32,346 nt of DNA from contig NC_068985.1 in assembly GCF_001194135.2 (NCBI RefSeq), positions 110,519,541-110,551,886 on the forward strand. Reading direction: 5' to 3'. A program made the translations under genes and the position numbers. This document shows positions 1 to 10,515 of the stretch, piece after piece. The stretch is from Octopus bimaculoides (lineage: Eukaryota). Under the pieces are notes generated by a model, which saw nothing but the letters and a program-made list of their open reading frames with translations, searched no databases and was not told where the DNA came from. Position 1 is the stretch's first letter; every line of letters starts with the position of its first letter.

Positions 1-1198
1 AACAAATAAAAGAATAAAAGATTAAGAATTTGATGGCCGTTTCGCATCATGCAAAAATAATTATTTTAGTGAATAAGAAATTATTTTACATGTCTTCACT
101 ATTATGTAAACTATAAATTGCTTAATACAAACCAATGCAGATACAAAAGGCTAACTCTTCAGATCGACAAAATATCATGGTTACATCAATTTTTTCACTC
201 TGATATACACTCCGATTAAAAAAAAAAAAAAAAAGAATCATCTTCAAATTTATAATGTATGGATGACAAAAATTGAATTAAAACAATTTACTGTAGCGAG
301 GAGGAAAAGAGATGTTGCCAGATACATATATGCATACACAGACACATAAGCAGCGGCGGTAAAATTACTACATTCCGAGATTTCTGCATGCCTTCGCGTC
401 ATCGGTAGCAAGTATCCACTATCAATCGCATGCTTAGACAAATTTCATCTCAAGTGCTATAGAGAAAAATAGTGATTGAATAAGTCACTGGTATCGCAAA
501 TAACTGTCAGGCTGGGTAAAAATTTGTCATCAGCGACAGTAGCAGTATTTGTTCACACTACCCATCAGTATATCATACTTAATGTAGATATATTGTAAGA
601 AAGCTATAATAGTGAGCTATTCATCTTCGAAAGGCATCTCGTATGCTACTAAAAAGCACAGAGGTATCAGTAGCAGACAATAGACATCCAATAGCGGCAG
701 TGGAATTTAACACGTTCATGTACAATGGAACGTGAGAAAACCTATTGCTGCGGAAATAGTCCCGTGAGAAAATTCTCGAAGCAAACAAAATGTGTGAAAA
801 CACTTTGGAATATGAATGAAGTCATTTCATTGGATTGTAGGATGCATGCGCTTCAGAGTTCTCGCGCGACGTCGCCTATAAATATTGAATTCGTTTTTCA
901 CAACCCTATAACAACGATAGTTTTATATGTGTAAGAACAGTAAGTAGTTCTTTACTGATGTGTATAAATCTCGACCAAGCTGGAATAGAATTACTAGAGC
1001 TGCACGAAAAACGTTGAATAAATATAGTGTACAATCGTGTGCAACTATATATAGGCCTGTTCGTGTACACTTGGATCTGGGAAGAACTTTTTCGCAGAAG
1101 AAACTACTTTTGCGAATGATGTCATCGGATCGTAGAAGCATTCTTGCATGTCGTCAGCTACGAATACCGAATTCGTCAATCACAACCCTATAAGAAAG

Positions 1199-1304
<106 letters not shown>

Positions 1305-3293
1305 ACATATGTACGTACGTATGCATGAATGGCTAGATGGATGTGTGTATGTATGTATGAGTGTGTGTACGTATGTGTGTATGTGTAAGTGTATGTATCT
1401 ATGTTTGTAGGTGTGTGTGTGTGTGTATGCGTGCATGTTTTGATTCATAGATATGTGTGCACATGTGCATGTGTGTTAACAATTACACCGTAAAGCCTTC
1501 TTGTTCTTTTCTTTCAGTTTAACAGGGTTTCTGTTGTTCCGTGCTTACATTTCAATTATATTTTACGTCCGGTCAGTAGGGAACAGTTGAGATGTAAAGA
1601 GAAAGGAATAACGAGTTATTGCTCTAAAACCACAACAACACGAAGCGACAGACGTCGATGCAATGCCATTTTATACAATGTCCTATCCTAAAAAATTACT
1701 CCAACAAACATCTTACCCTGAGGTTTTAATCTCATGAAAGCCGATCGTAAGAAGAAGGTTTAATTAACAGTTGGAATACAGTATCACTGTAATGGAAACT
1801 TGAGAGCATCTGAAGTTCTAGTTTGATTTTATAGTCTAGAGGCTTCCCTTTTCGTACGTTTTCCTAACCGTGAAAATAAATCTATTCATCACTGCTACAT
1901 AAAAGATCTCCTTCATACAATTTACGATTATCGATCTAACGTTGACACTGTATTTTGATTTAGCCATTTTTTTTTATCATATAGTGATTTCAACCACACC
2001 CCGGCTATTTCTATTTATCTATTTTCTCCGTTTCCGTAATATTATATCCTATCTATTACTTATTATTCGCTCCTCCTTCTATTATCTCCCGTCTATTTAT
2101 ACAGTGAATCTTAGCTTTATATTACTGTTTAACGAGACAGTATTAGCAAAAATCAGGAACCATAGTCAGCCTAAAAAAAAAGAAAAGAACAAATCATTCT
2201 TTACTTCATCTACTGACGCCTTTGTGCAGTCAATATCTGTTGCTATTATATGATTAAACAAACACAAACACAGACAGATATGCACACATATTATCACACA
2301 GACACATATACATCACCAACGTCACCAAATAGTAGAAAAAATCCCACACATATTTTTCTATAACAAGGTCTACATAGGACTCTAAATTAGCTCCAACTTC
2401 TTATAATTCTTTGAATTGAAATAGCTGATTAAGTATTTGGACGACTGTCTGATATATAATATAATATAATATAATATAATACAATATAATATAATATAGC
2501 ATAATATAATACATACATACATACATCTATATATATATNNNNNNNNNNNNNNNNNNNNNNNNNNNNNNNNNNNNNNNNNNNNNNNNNNNNNNNNNNNNNN
2601 NNNNNNNNNNNNNNNNNNNNNNNNNNNNNNNNNNNNNNNNNNNNNNNNNNNNNNNNNNNNNNNNNNNNNNNNNNNNNNNNNNNNNNNNNNNNNNNNNNNN
2701 NNNNNNNNNNNNNNNNNNNNNNNNNNNNNNNNNNNNNNNNNNNNNNNNNNNNNNNNNNNNNNNNNNNNNNNNNNNNNNNNNNNNNNNNNNNNNNNNNNNN
2801 NNNNNNNNNNNNNNNNNNNNNNNNNNNNNNNNNNNNNNNNNNNNNNNNNNNNNNNNNNNNNNNNNNNNNNNNNNNNNNNNNNNNNNNNNNNNNNNNNNNN
2901 NNNNNNNNNNNNNNNNNNNNNNNNNNNNNNNNNNNNNNNNNNNNNNNNNNNNNNNNNNNNNNNNNNNNNNNNNNNNNNNNNNNNNNNNNNNNNNNNNNNN
3001 NNNNNNNNNNNNNNNNNNNNNNNNNNNNNNNNNNNNNNNNNNNNNNNNNNNNNNNNNNNNNNNNNNNNNNNNNNNNNNNNNNNNNNNNNNNNNNNNNNNN
3101 NNNNNNNNNNNNNNNNNNNNNNNNNNNNNNNNNNNNNNNNNNNNNNNNNNNNNNNNNNNNNNNNNNNNNNNNNNNNNNNNNNNNNNNNNNNNNNNNNNNN
3201 NNNNNNNNNNNNNNNNNNNNNNNNNNNNNNNNNNNNNNNNNTATATATATATAGACAGTCAGGAATATAGCCAAACTATCCAGCGATGGAGTA

Positions 3294-3346
3294 GTCATTA
3301 CTGACGAGCTTGTAATTTTCTGGCGAAACTAGACTAGTATAGTGAT
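3294..3346 (+). ncRNA. Type I hammerhead ribozyme motif, probably PLE-derived
   Basis: CUGACGA at 3301-3307. Stem II closed by G3308-C3324 and C3309-G3323. GAAA at 3325-3328. Stem III ACUA/UAGU with a GAC loop. GUA cleavage triplet at 3337-3339. Seven-bp stem I (3294-3300 with 3340-3346, two G.U pairs). Confidence 0.7.
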
Positions 3347-3469
3347 CTAGCTTCGTTGTGGGGCGGTTATCTCCTCTGGTAGTATATAAAAAATATGCTT
3401 TCTTGCGTCTCTAAGGGTTTCTAGCAATATCTCAAGTAATATAACTGCTACCTAATTAGTGACAACTGA

Positions 3470-3506
<37 letters not shown>

Positions 3507-3639
3507 CCAAAATAAGCAACAAAGATATCCAAAGTTAATGCAGTACGATCGTTTCATGCGACTCCATTTATTTAAGCAATGTGAACATTACATCAAATGT
3601 AAAATGCAGAGCAACCCTCAGCTTTCCAAGTGGAAAGGA

Positions 3640-3725
3640 AGAATACAAAAAACCATTTTGACTTAGCAAGACCATACAGGCTAGCCTGTATGGTCTGGCT
3701 AAGTCAAAATGTCTTTTTGTATTCT
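3640..3725. repeat. 86-bp spacer-less imperfect palindrome
   Basis: Centred on CT|AG at 3682/3683. 40 of 43 position pairs are Watson-Crick complementary by manual check. Confidence 0.95.
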
Positions 3726-4207
3726 CCCCAACCGTAGTTTGAGAACCTATAGAAGTGTACTGATATCTCTGGAGAAGAAATATGCTACATCTTTAGCCAG
3801 CCATGTAAGACTATGGAATTCCATACGTAATCTCATGGGAGATCTTAGAAAATCCAGGCCCCAGCATAAATATAGGATCAAGCGTTGTAAACTGTGCATG
3901 GTCCAACGGACGATGATATAAAAGGACTCCCTCGACTCGGGGAACATTCTTAACTCCAGGACGGAAGACTTCGAACCCTGCTTGCACTTCAGGGAATTCC
4001 TACTGGTGTCCTGGGATTCACACGCTAACAGGATTATTTACGAATAGCGGTCAAAGGGAGACAATCCTTTATTGCTGATATAGAGTAATGAAGTCTTTTC
4101 TTTCTCCATTTTCTAGAGAGGCCACTTAGTAGAGAGGCGATCGGCCTAGGGTCTGAAGAGACGCTGTAAAGTTAAGCGATTTATGGACGTGAAAACCAGG
4201 GTAGCCC
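3709..4207 (+). mobile_element. Penelope-like element 3' fragment: C-terminal end of the GIY-YIG region plus 3' UTR/pLTR
   Basis: One frame with an internal stop reads KKYATSLASHV...KRCKLCMVQRTMI*...LNSRTEDFEPCLHFREFLL. This matches the recalled PLE C-terminal pattern CxLCxxEKxxI...LNxRxExxxxCxHxxxFxL. A hammerhead-like motif follows at 4149-4207. Confidence 0.65.
4149..4207 (+). ncRNA. Degenerate hammerhead-like motif in the PLE 3' region
   Basis: CUGAAGA at 4153-4159, GAAAA at 4191-4195 (one extra A), short stem III ACC/GGU, GUA at 4201-4203, and 4-bp stem I GGGU/GCCC. Stem II is ambiguous. Confidence 0.35.
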
Positions 4208-4227
4208 CATAAACCGGCTATATCTAT

Positions 4228-4230
4228 CTT

Positions 4231-4308
<78 letters not shown>

Positions 4309-4346
4309 TGTGTGTGCGTGTGTGTATGTATGTATGTATGTATGTG

Positions 4347-4380
<34 letters not shown>

Positions 4381-4390
4381 ACATATATAT
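4228..4390. repeat. (TG)n-(TATG)n-(TA)n compound microsatellite
   Basis: Read directly from the sequence. Confidence 0.95.
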
Positions 4391-4845
4391 ACAGAAGGTC
4401 TAAGAGCCTGGTGATAAAGTGGAATTGACAATCTCCTTTCAAATATCCATTCAATCGATTCTGAAATGAAAGGCACATGTAAAAATATACAAAAGTAGAA
4501 AGAAGGAAAGAAAGAAAGAAAGAAAGAAAGAGAGATAGGGTGATAGATATGTAGAGGTGAATGCGTGCGAAAGAGTAATAGAAAGACAGAGTTGATCTAG
4601 GCAGACAGAGTGTTAGTGAAAGAGTGAAAGCGTATGAGAAAGACGGTGAAGAAGAGAGAAAGAGTAAGAAAAATCCACGTTTATAACCCATACATATCCT
4701 CAATCATTTATAAGATTGTCAGTTGGAAGCAGAGGTGATGCACTTTGTGGAAAATAGAGAGAATTAAAACGGATTGAAAGAAGATGTAAATATTATCGGA
4801 CGCATACATATTCAAATAACATACAACCACGTACATACACGCACG

Positions 4846-5000
4846 GGAGTGGCTGTGTGGTAAGTAGCTTGCTTACCAACCACATGGTTCCGGGTTCAGT
4901 CCCACTGCGTGGCACCTTGGGCAAGTGTCTTCTACTATAGCCTCGGGCCGACCAAAGCCTTGTGAGTGGATTTGGTAGACGGAAACTGAAAGAAGACAGA
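4846..5000 (+). mobile_element. tRNA-derived SINE, family 1, copy a (3' end abuts gap)
   Basis: A-box-like TGGCTGTGTGG and B-box-like GGTTCAGTCCC. Near-identical to 5772-5943 and homologous to 10113-10273 on the minus strand. Confidence 0.85.
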
Positions 5001-5771
5001 NNNNNNNNNNNNNNNNNNNNNNNNNNNNNNNNNNNNNNNNNNNNNNNNNNNNNNNNNNNNNNNNNNNNNNNNNNNNNNNNNNNNNNNNNNNNNNNNNNNN
5101 NNNNNNNNNNNNNNNNNNNNNNNNNNNNNNNNNNNNNNNNNNNNNNNNNNNNNNNNNNNNNNNNNNNNNNNNNNNNNNNNNNNNNNNNNNNNNNNNNNNN
5201 NNNNNNNNNNNNNNNNNNNNNNNNNNNNNNNNNNNNNNNNNNNNNNNNNNNNNNNNNNNNNNNNNNNNNNNNNNNNNNNNNNNNNNNNNNNNNNNNNNNN
5301 NNNNNNNNNNNNNNNNNNNNNNNNNNNNNNNNNNNNNNNNNNNNNNNNNNNNNNNNNNNNNNNNNNNNNNNNNNNNNNNNNNNNNNNNNNNNNNNNNNNN
5401 NNNNNNNNNNNNNNNNNNNNNNNNNNNNNNNNNNNNNNNNNNNNNNNNNNNNNNNNNNNNNNNNNNNNNNNNNNNNNNNNNNNNNNNNNNNNNNNNNNNN
5501 NNNNNNNNNNNNNNNNNNNNNNNNNNNNNNNNNNNNNNNNNNNNNNNNNNNNNNNNNNNNNNNNNNNNNNNNNNNNNNNNNNNNNNNNNNNNNNNNNNNN
5601 NNNNNNNNNNNNNNNNNNNNNNNNNNNNNNNNNNNNNNNNNNNNNNNNNNNNNNNNNNNNNNNNNNNNNNNNNNNNNNNNNNNNNNNNNNNNNNNNNNNN
5701 NNNNNNNNNNNNNNNNNNNNNNNNNNNNNNNNNNNNNNNNNNNNNNNNNNNNNNNNNNNTATATATATATA

Positions 5772-5943
5772 GGCGTAGGAGTGGCTGTGTGGTAAGTAGC
5801 TTGCTTACGAACCACATGGTTCCGAGTTCAGTCTCACTGCGTGACACCTTGGGCAAGTATCTTCTACTATAGCCTCGGGCCGACCAAAGCCTTGTGAGTG
5901 GATTTGGTAGACGGAAACTGAAAGAAGACAGAGCTCGTCTATA
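5772..5943 (+). mobile_element. tRNA-derived SINE, family 1, copy b
   Basis: About 5 substitutions relative to copy a over roughly 155 bp. A and B boxes present. Confidence 0.85.
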
Positions 5944-6247
5944 AGAGATTTTATCTCGGGACGAATACCGCAGTAAATTGCCTTTCAATGATGAATTTTA
6001 TCATAGACGGTTATCTTAATTCAATACTTCTTCCATTGCATATAATGAATAAAAAATATATTTGATTGACATCGACCAGGAGAATGACTGTGATAAGTAG
6101 ATAGTTAGATAAATAGATATATTTTAGTTACAGAGATTGTGTGGTGTATAAAAGGGTATGATAGAAAACGGGCACTGTGAGTGTAATAAATATATAAATA
6201 TAGGAGTGAAAAAGTAAAATAGATAGATAGATATAGATAGATAAATA

Positions 6248-6308
<61 letters not shown>

Positions 6309-6468
6309 AGAAAGAAAAAGAAAAAAAGAGAGTGCACCTCACACACACGTCCTTATATATTCACAGCAAAGTTTCCCTTCTTTCCTCATGCCCCGTTCTC
6401 TTCCTAATTACTGTTACGTTAACCATCAGCTTAGCTCCCATCACAACTTTAACTCCGCCTCATTTCTT

Positions 6469-7158
6469 ATCATCATCATCATCATCATCATCAGATATTG
6501 TCTGCTCTCAATTGAATGAATACCATAAGATCGCCTTCTCGATCTTTCCTGTGCTGTCCTAATACATTTAATGTATTTTAAGTCTGTTTAATTCTTGATA
6601 TTTCTCTGTCCACGTAATTCTTGGTTTTCAGCTTCCTCTCTTCGCATTCATTTTGCCTTCTATTAACCATTTTTTTTTCTAATTAAACGTCCCAACCACT
6701 TTCTCTTTGATGATGATGCCTAATATCATTTTCTTGGTTTCCACCATTTTTAGCACTTGTTCATGCGATTTATATTCTATCTATGATATTCTCAAAAGTC
6801 TTCTATATGCCCACATTTCAAAGGCATGTAATCTATTTAGCAGTACTTTTGTTAATATCCATATTTCAGCTTCTTAGAGTAAAGTGGACCATACATAACG
6901 TTTTAATAAACTCTTTCTAGTTTCGCCATTAACAGTTCTTGATGTTAGTATATTTGGCATCTTGTCATGCGACTTTCTAGCTTTCCCAATCCTTCTCTTG
7001 ATTTCTGCTTCACTTTTTCCGATTACATTTATCCCAAGGTACATTATCATCTTTCTTATCTGTTCAGTTGGTTTTCCCTTTCGGTTGTAATTTATATTTA
7101 TGGTAACTGTTGTTTCTAGCCAACTACCGATTCTCTTTTTTGTTTTCTTTGCAGTCAT
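6469..7158 (-). mobile_element. RTE-clade LINE, 5'-truncated 3' fragment (pseudogenised RT C-terminus)
   Basis: Minus strand reads EQIRKMIMYLG...GKSEAEIKRRIGKARKSHDKMPNILTSR...LLKRYVWSTLL*, then W.LTK...RLHAFEMWAYRRLLRIS...EGKMNAKRG..KPRITW. It ends in a (TGA)n tail at 6469-6493. These are typical RTE features. Confidence 0.85.
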
Positions 7159-7169
7159 TCTTTCACTCT

Positions 7170-7360
7170 TTTATTCGTTTCATTCATTGGAAGGCGGCCC
7201 TGATAGAGAACAACATTGAAGAGTCTTGTCGAACAAATCGATCCCATCACTATTGTAAATCTGGTATTGAATCATTCATTTTGCCCACCCGCTAAATTAG
7301 GGGGATGGAAATAAACTAACATCGGATGTCACACGGTGGAGGTGGACAAACACACACACA
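7170..7360 (-). mobile_element. Degenerate copy of SINE-like family 2
   Basis: Shares blocks (tcgaacaaatcgatccc, ccgctaaatt, aacatcgg, ggtggacaaacacac) with 8681-8865 and 14211-14447. Confidence 0.45.
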
Positions 7361-7599
7361 CATTATTATATATACATTATTAGTTAGTTATTCATCATTG
7401 TTATATATACATAATATGTATTATACATTATTAGTTAGTTATTCATCAGAAAATGAGCGTTCATATATTTGTATTTTCGGGCAGTGTATTACTAGTTATG
7501 GTATATAACTGATCAAAGTACTCCTTGTTAGCTGGGAACCGTCCATAACATTCTGACTAGTTATATGACATAACCAGTAGTATACTGCCTGGCATGATA

Positions 7600-8394
7600 C
7601 AGGGTGTTCTGGATAAATTTGACAGTTTGCATAAAAGGAAAAGGAAACACAATATCCCGTTCAGAAAAAAAAAAAAGTATTAAAAAAAGTCAAAAGCAAT
7701 CAACTAGATTATGACTAGGAGATAACAGTTTACTCAGATTAGCCGCACTCTGCTTCTACCATGACCTCAAGACCATGGTAGAAGCACGGAACTTGGTGCG
7801 TGCTTTCTTCACCGTGTCCCTGGGAAGATCTTTGAACATCTCCTTGATCTTGTCCACCACTCTGGCCTTGGTGGTTGGTGTCTCTCTTAACCACACCACC
7901 TCCCCCAGTAATCCACGAGATTACAATCGGAGGAATTAAGAAACCAAAAATTAGCGGAGATATGGTAAGGAACCGAATGCTACTGTCGCACACATGGCTT
8001 TCCAGCACAACTCTCTCCAGCCAGGAAGCTTCACATAACCGTCTGAATTGAGCCTAAGGCCTTCTTGAAAGATGTGGGGGGGGGGTGTGAATGTCGGCGT
8101 TCGGATGCAGTCAGACTGCTAGTTGTGTCTTTCCTGCTAGCCATGGCTTCGTAGTCTCCACTGCAGTTGTCCATGTCACGTTTTACTGCCTTTACAGTGT
8201 TCACAGAGTATTGAGCAGCGGCAGAAATTATCATGATGCAGGTAACACATTTCCAATATTCAAATAGCTTCCAGGTCTTCGTGTCAGTTGACTTTTCTTT
8301 ATTCTCTCCAATGCCGTCAACTGTTCACCAATACATGAAGCTGTTCCTGAAAAGGGGAGACATAAAAACCGTTAAATTTATCTTGAACACCCTG
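7600..8394 (-). mobile_element. Internally deleted Tc1/mariner-superfamily element (maT/DD37D-like by resemblance)
   Basis: 29-bp TIRs: CAGGGTGTTCTGGATAAATTTGACAGTTT at 7600, and the reverse complement of 8366-8394 with 4 mismatches. TA is on the left flank. Transposase remnants are N-terminal IISAAAQYSVNTVKAVKRDMDNCSGDYEAMASRK and C-terminal GVVKRDTN...KIKEMFKDLPRDTVKKA...LEVMVEAECG. The catalytic core is absent. Confidence 0.8.
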
Positions 8395-8680
8395 TGAGTG
8401 TGTGTGTGTGTGCGTGCGTGCGTGCGAGTGAGTGCGCAGGCGCACACGTGTATCAAGTAAAAGAAAGATGAGGTAGATGGAGAATGTCACAGTCTAGGGT
8501 GCAAGTTTGGTGGCACATTGTGACTAAGTGGTAAAAATGGGTACGAATTGGCTCAGTGGAGATGGGGAGAGAGTATCGTGGCTTGTGAGATGGAAGTGCG
8601 GGTGGGAAATACATAGTATAAAGGTGTCGGGGAAGAGAAGATGGTGTGACTGGAGTAGTGAGTCTCCATTTTTCTTACAT

Positions 8681-8865
8681 GTTTTAGTCATTAGACTGCG
8701 GCCATGCTGGGGCACCACCTAAAAGAAATTTTTGTCGAATGTAAGGACCCCAGTACTTATTTTCTGTTAATCCCAGTATTTATTTTATTAATCACTTTTG
8801 CTAAACCACGAAGTTACGGGGACGTAAACACATCAACACTGGTTGTCAAGCAGTTGTGGGGGAAC
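8681..8865 (-). mobile_element. SINE-like repeat, family 2
   Basis: Homologous to 14211-14447 and 10350-10515 (gactgcggccatgctggggcacc...aagttacggggacgtaaac...ggttgtcaagc). Confidence 0.75.
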
Positions 8866-8924
8866 AAACACCAACACAAAGACACACACACACACATACG
8901 CACGCTCACACACACACACACACG

Positions 8925-8955
<31 letters not shown>

Positions 8956-8975
8956 ATATGTATATATATTATATA

Positions 8976-10108
8976 TCTATACTATATATAAAACAGAGAT
9001 GTGTGTGTAATCGCTTTTCACGTGAAATCGACTTCACCAAATGCTTCCATACTTGTAATGCATGAATAATTTGACCTCGGATAAATCTTAGGCTCTTCAT
9101 TTGATTTTTTTAATTAAAGATAAATAATATTGCTTTATATTTAAGATTCACTTCTTTAAAAAGGTTCCTCAATGTCAACTTCCGGTATTGACGTAACAAC
9201 CGCAAAAAGCTTCACTTTCTATTTTGTGTGTTCGTGTGTATGAGAGAGAGAGAGAGAGAGAGAGAGAGTAAATANNNNNNNNNNNNNNNNNNNNNNNNNN
9301 NNNNNNNNNNNNNNNNNNNNNNNNNNNNNNNNNNNNNNNNNNNNNNNNNNNNNNNNNNNNNNNNNNNNNNNNNNNNNNNNNNNNNNNNNNNNNNNNNNNN
9401 NNNNNNNNNNNNNNNNNNNNNNNNNNNNNNNNNNNNNNNNNNNNNNNNNNNNNNNNNNNNNNNNNNNNNNNNNNNNNNNNNNNNNNNNNNNNNNNNNNNN
9501 NNNNNNNNNNNNNNNNNNNNNNNNNNNNNNNNNNNNNNNNNNNNNNNNNNNNNNNNNNNNNNNNNNNNNNNNNNNNNNNNNNNNNNNNNNNNNNNNNNNN
9601 NNNNNNNNNNNNNNNNNNNNNNNNNNNNNNNNNNNNNNNNNNNNNNNNNNNNNNNNNNNNNNNNNNNNNNNNNNNNNNNNNNNNNNNNNNNNNNNNNNNN
9701 NNNNNNNNNNNNNNNNNNNNNNNNNNNNNNNNNNNNNNNNNNNNNNNNNNNNNNNNNNNNNNNNNNNNNNNNNNNNNNNNNNNNNNNNNNNNNNNNNNNN
9801 NNNNNNNNNNNNNNNNNNNNNNNNNNNNNNNNNNNNNNNNNNNNNNNNNNNNNNNNNNNNNNNNNNNNNNNNNNNNNNNNGCCAGTCCAGGGGCACTGGC
9901 AACGATCCCCATTTTAATTTTCGTAAAAGTTTCCAAGTACCAATGAGGCTTTTTGGCACATCTTCAACTTTCCCCATTCATGAGAGGCGCCCAGCCATCA
10001 TTCATCTGAGAGTCCATCTACAGAATGTCCTCAAATTTCTATACAACATATTTTGCCTTTTTTTCTTCAACAATTTCATTCCCGAGCAACGCCGGGTGCC
10101 TCTGCTAG
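8976..10108 (+). mobile_element. Non-autonomous Helitron with both termini (spans the 9275-9880 gap)
   Basis: 5' end A|TCTATACTATATATAAAA at 8975/8976. 3' end has a GC-rich hairpin CCCGAGCAACGCCGGG (10081-10096), then CTAG (10105-10108) followed by T, giving an A^T target. An internal Rep/helicase motif is present. Continuity across the gap is inferred. Confidence 0.7.
9936..10026 (+). pseudogene. Helitron Rep/helicase coding fragment with a 1-nt frameshift
   Basis: STNEAFWHIFNFP/IHERRPAIIHLRVHLQN after removing one extra C near 9972-9975. This matches the recalled Helitron motif SxxEAxWRIxxFxIHERxPxVxxLxVHLEN. Confidence 0.8.
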
Positions 10109-10112
10109 TATT

Positions 10113-10273
10113 ATATATACGACGGTCTTTTAGTTTCGTCAACCAAATCCACTCACAAGGCTTTGATCGGCCCGAGGCTATAGTAGAAGATACTTACCCA
10201 AGATGCCACGTTGTGGGATTGAGCCTGTAACCATGTGGTTGAGAAGCAAGCTTCTCACCGCACAGTCACGCCT
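10113..10273 (-). mobile_element. tRNA-derived SINE, family 1, copy c (more diverged)
   Basis: Reverse complement aligns with 4846-5000. Confidence 0.85.
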
Positions 10274-10349
10274 TGTTGAATTAGTTTTGAGAACTTTAAA
10301 GACGTTTGAAAGCTTATGTGCGTGTATCTTAATGTATGTGCTTGTTCAC

Positions 10350-10515
10350 TCACCATAACCTCCCCGCAAATAGCAGTTCGGCAAAAGGACATCGATAGAA
10401 CAAATACTAGGTTTAAAAAAATATGTATTAGGGTCGATTTGTTCGACTAACCACCCGCTTCAAAGTGGTATCCCTTCCCGACTGCAGTCCAATGACTGAA
10501 ACAAGTAAAAATTAA
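10350..10515 (+). mobile_element. SINE-like repeat, family 2, diverged copy
   Basis: gttcggcaaaag...gggtcgatttgttcgactaa...gactgcagtccaatgactgaaacaagtaaaa matches 14333-14447. Confidence 0.7.

Noticed and set aside
2443-3260. GACTGTCT before and AGACAGTC after the first gap as TIRs
   Set aside because: An 8-bp inverted match across an unsequenced gap is too short to distinguish from chance.
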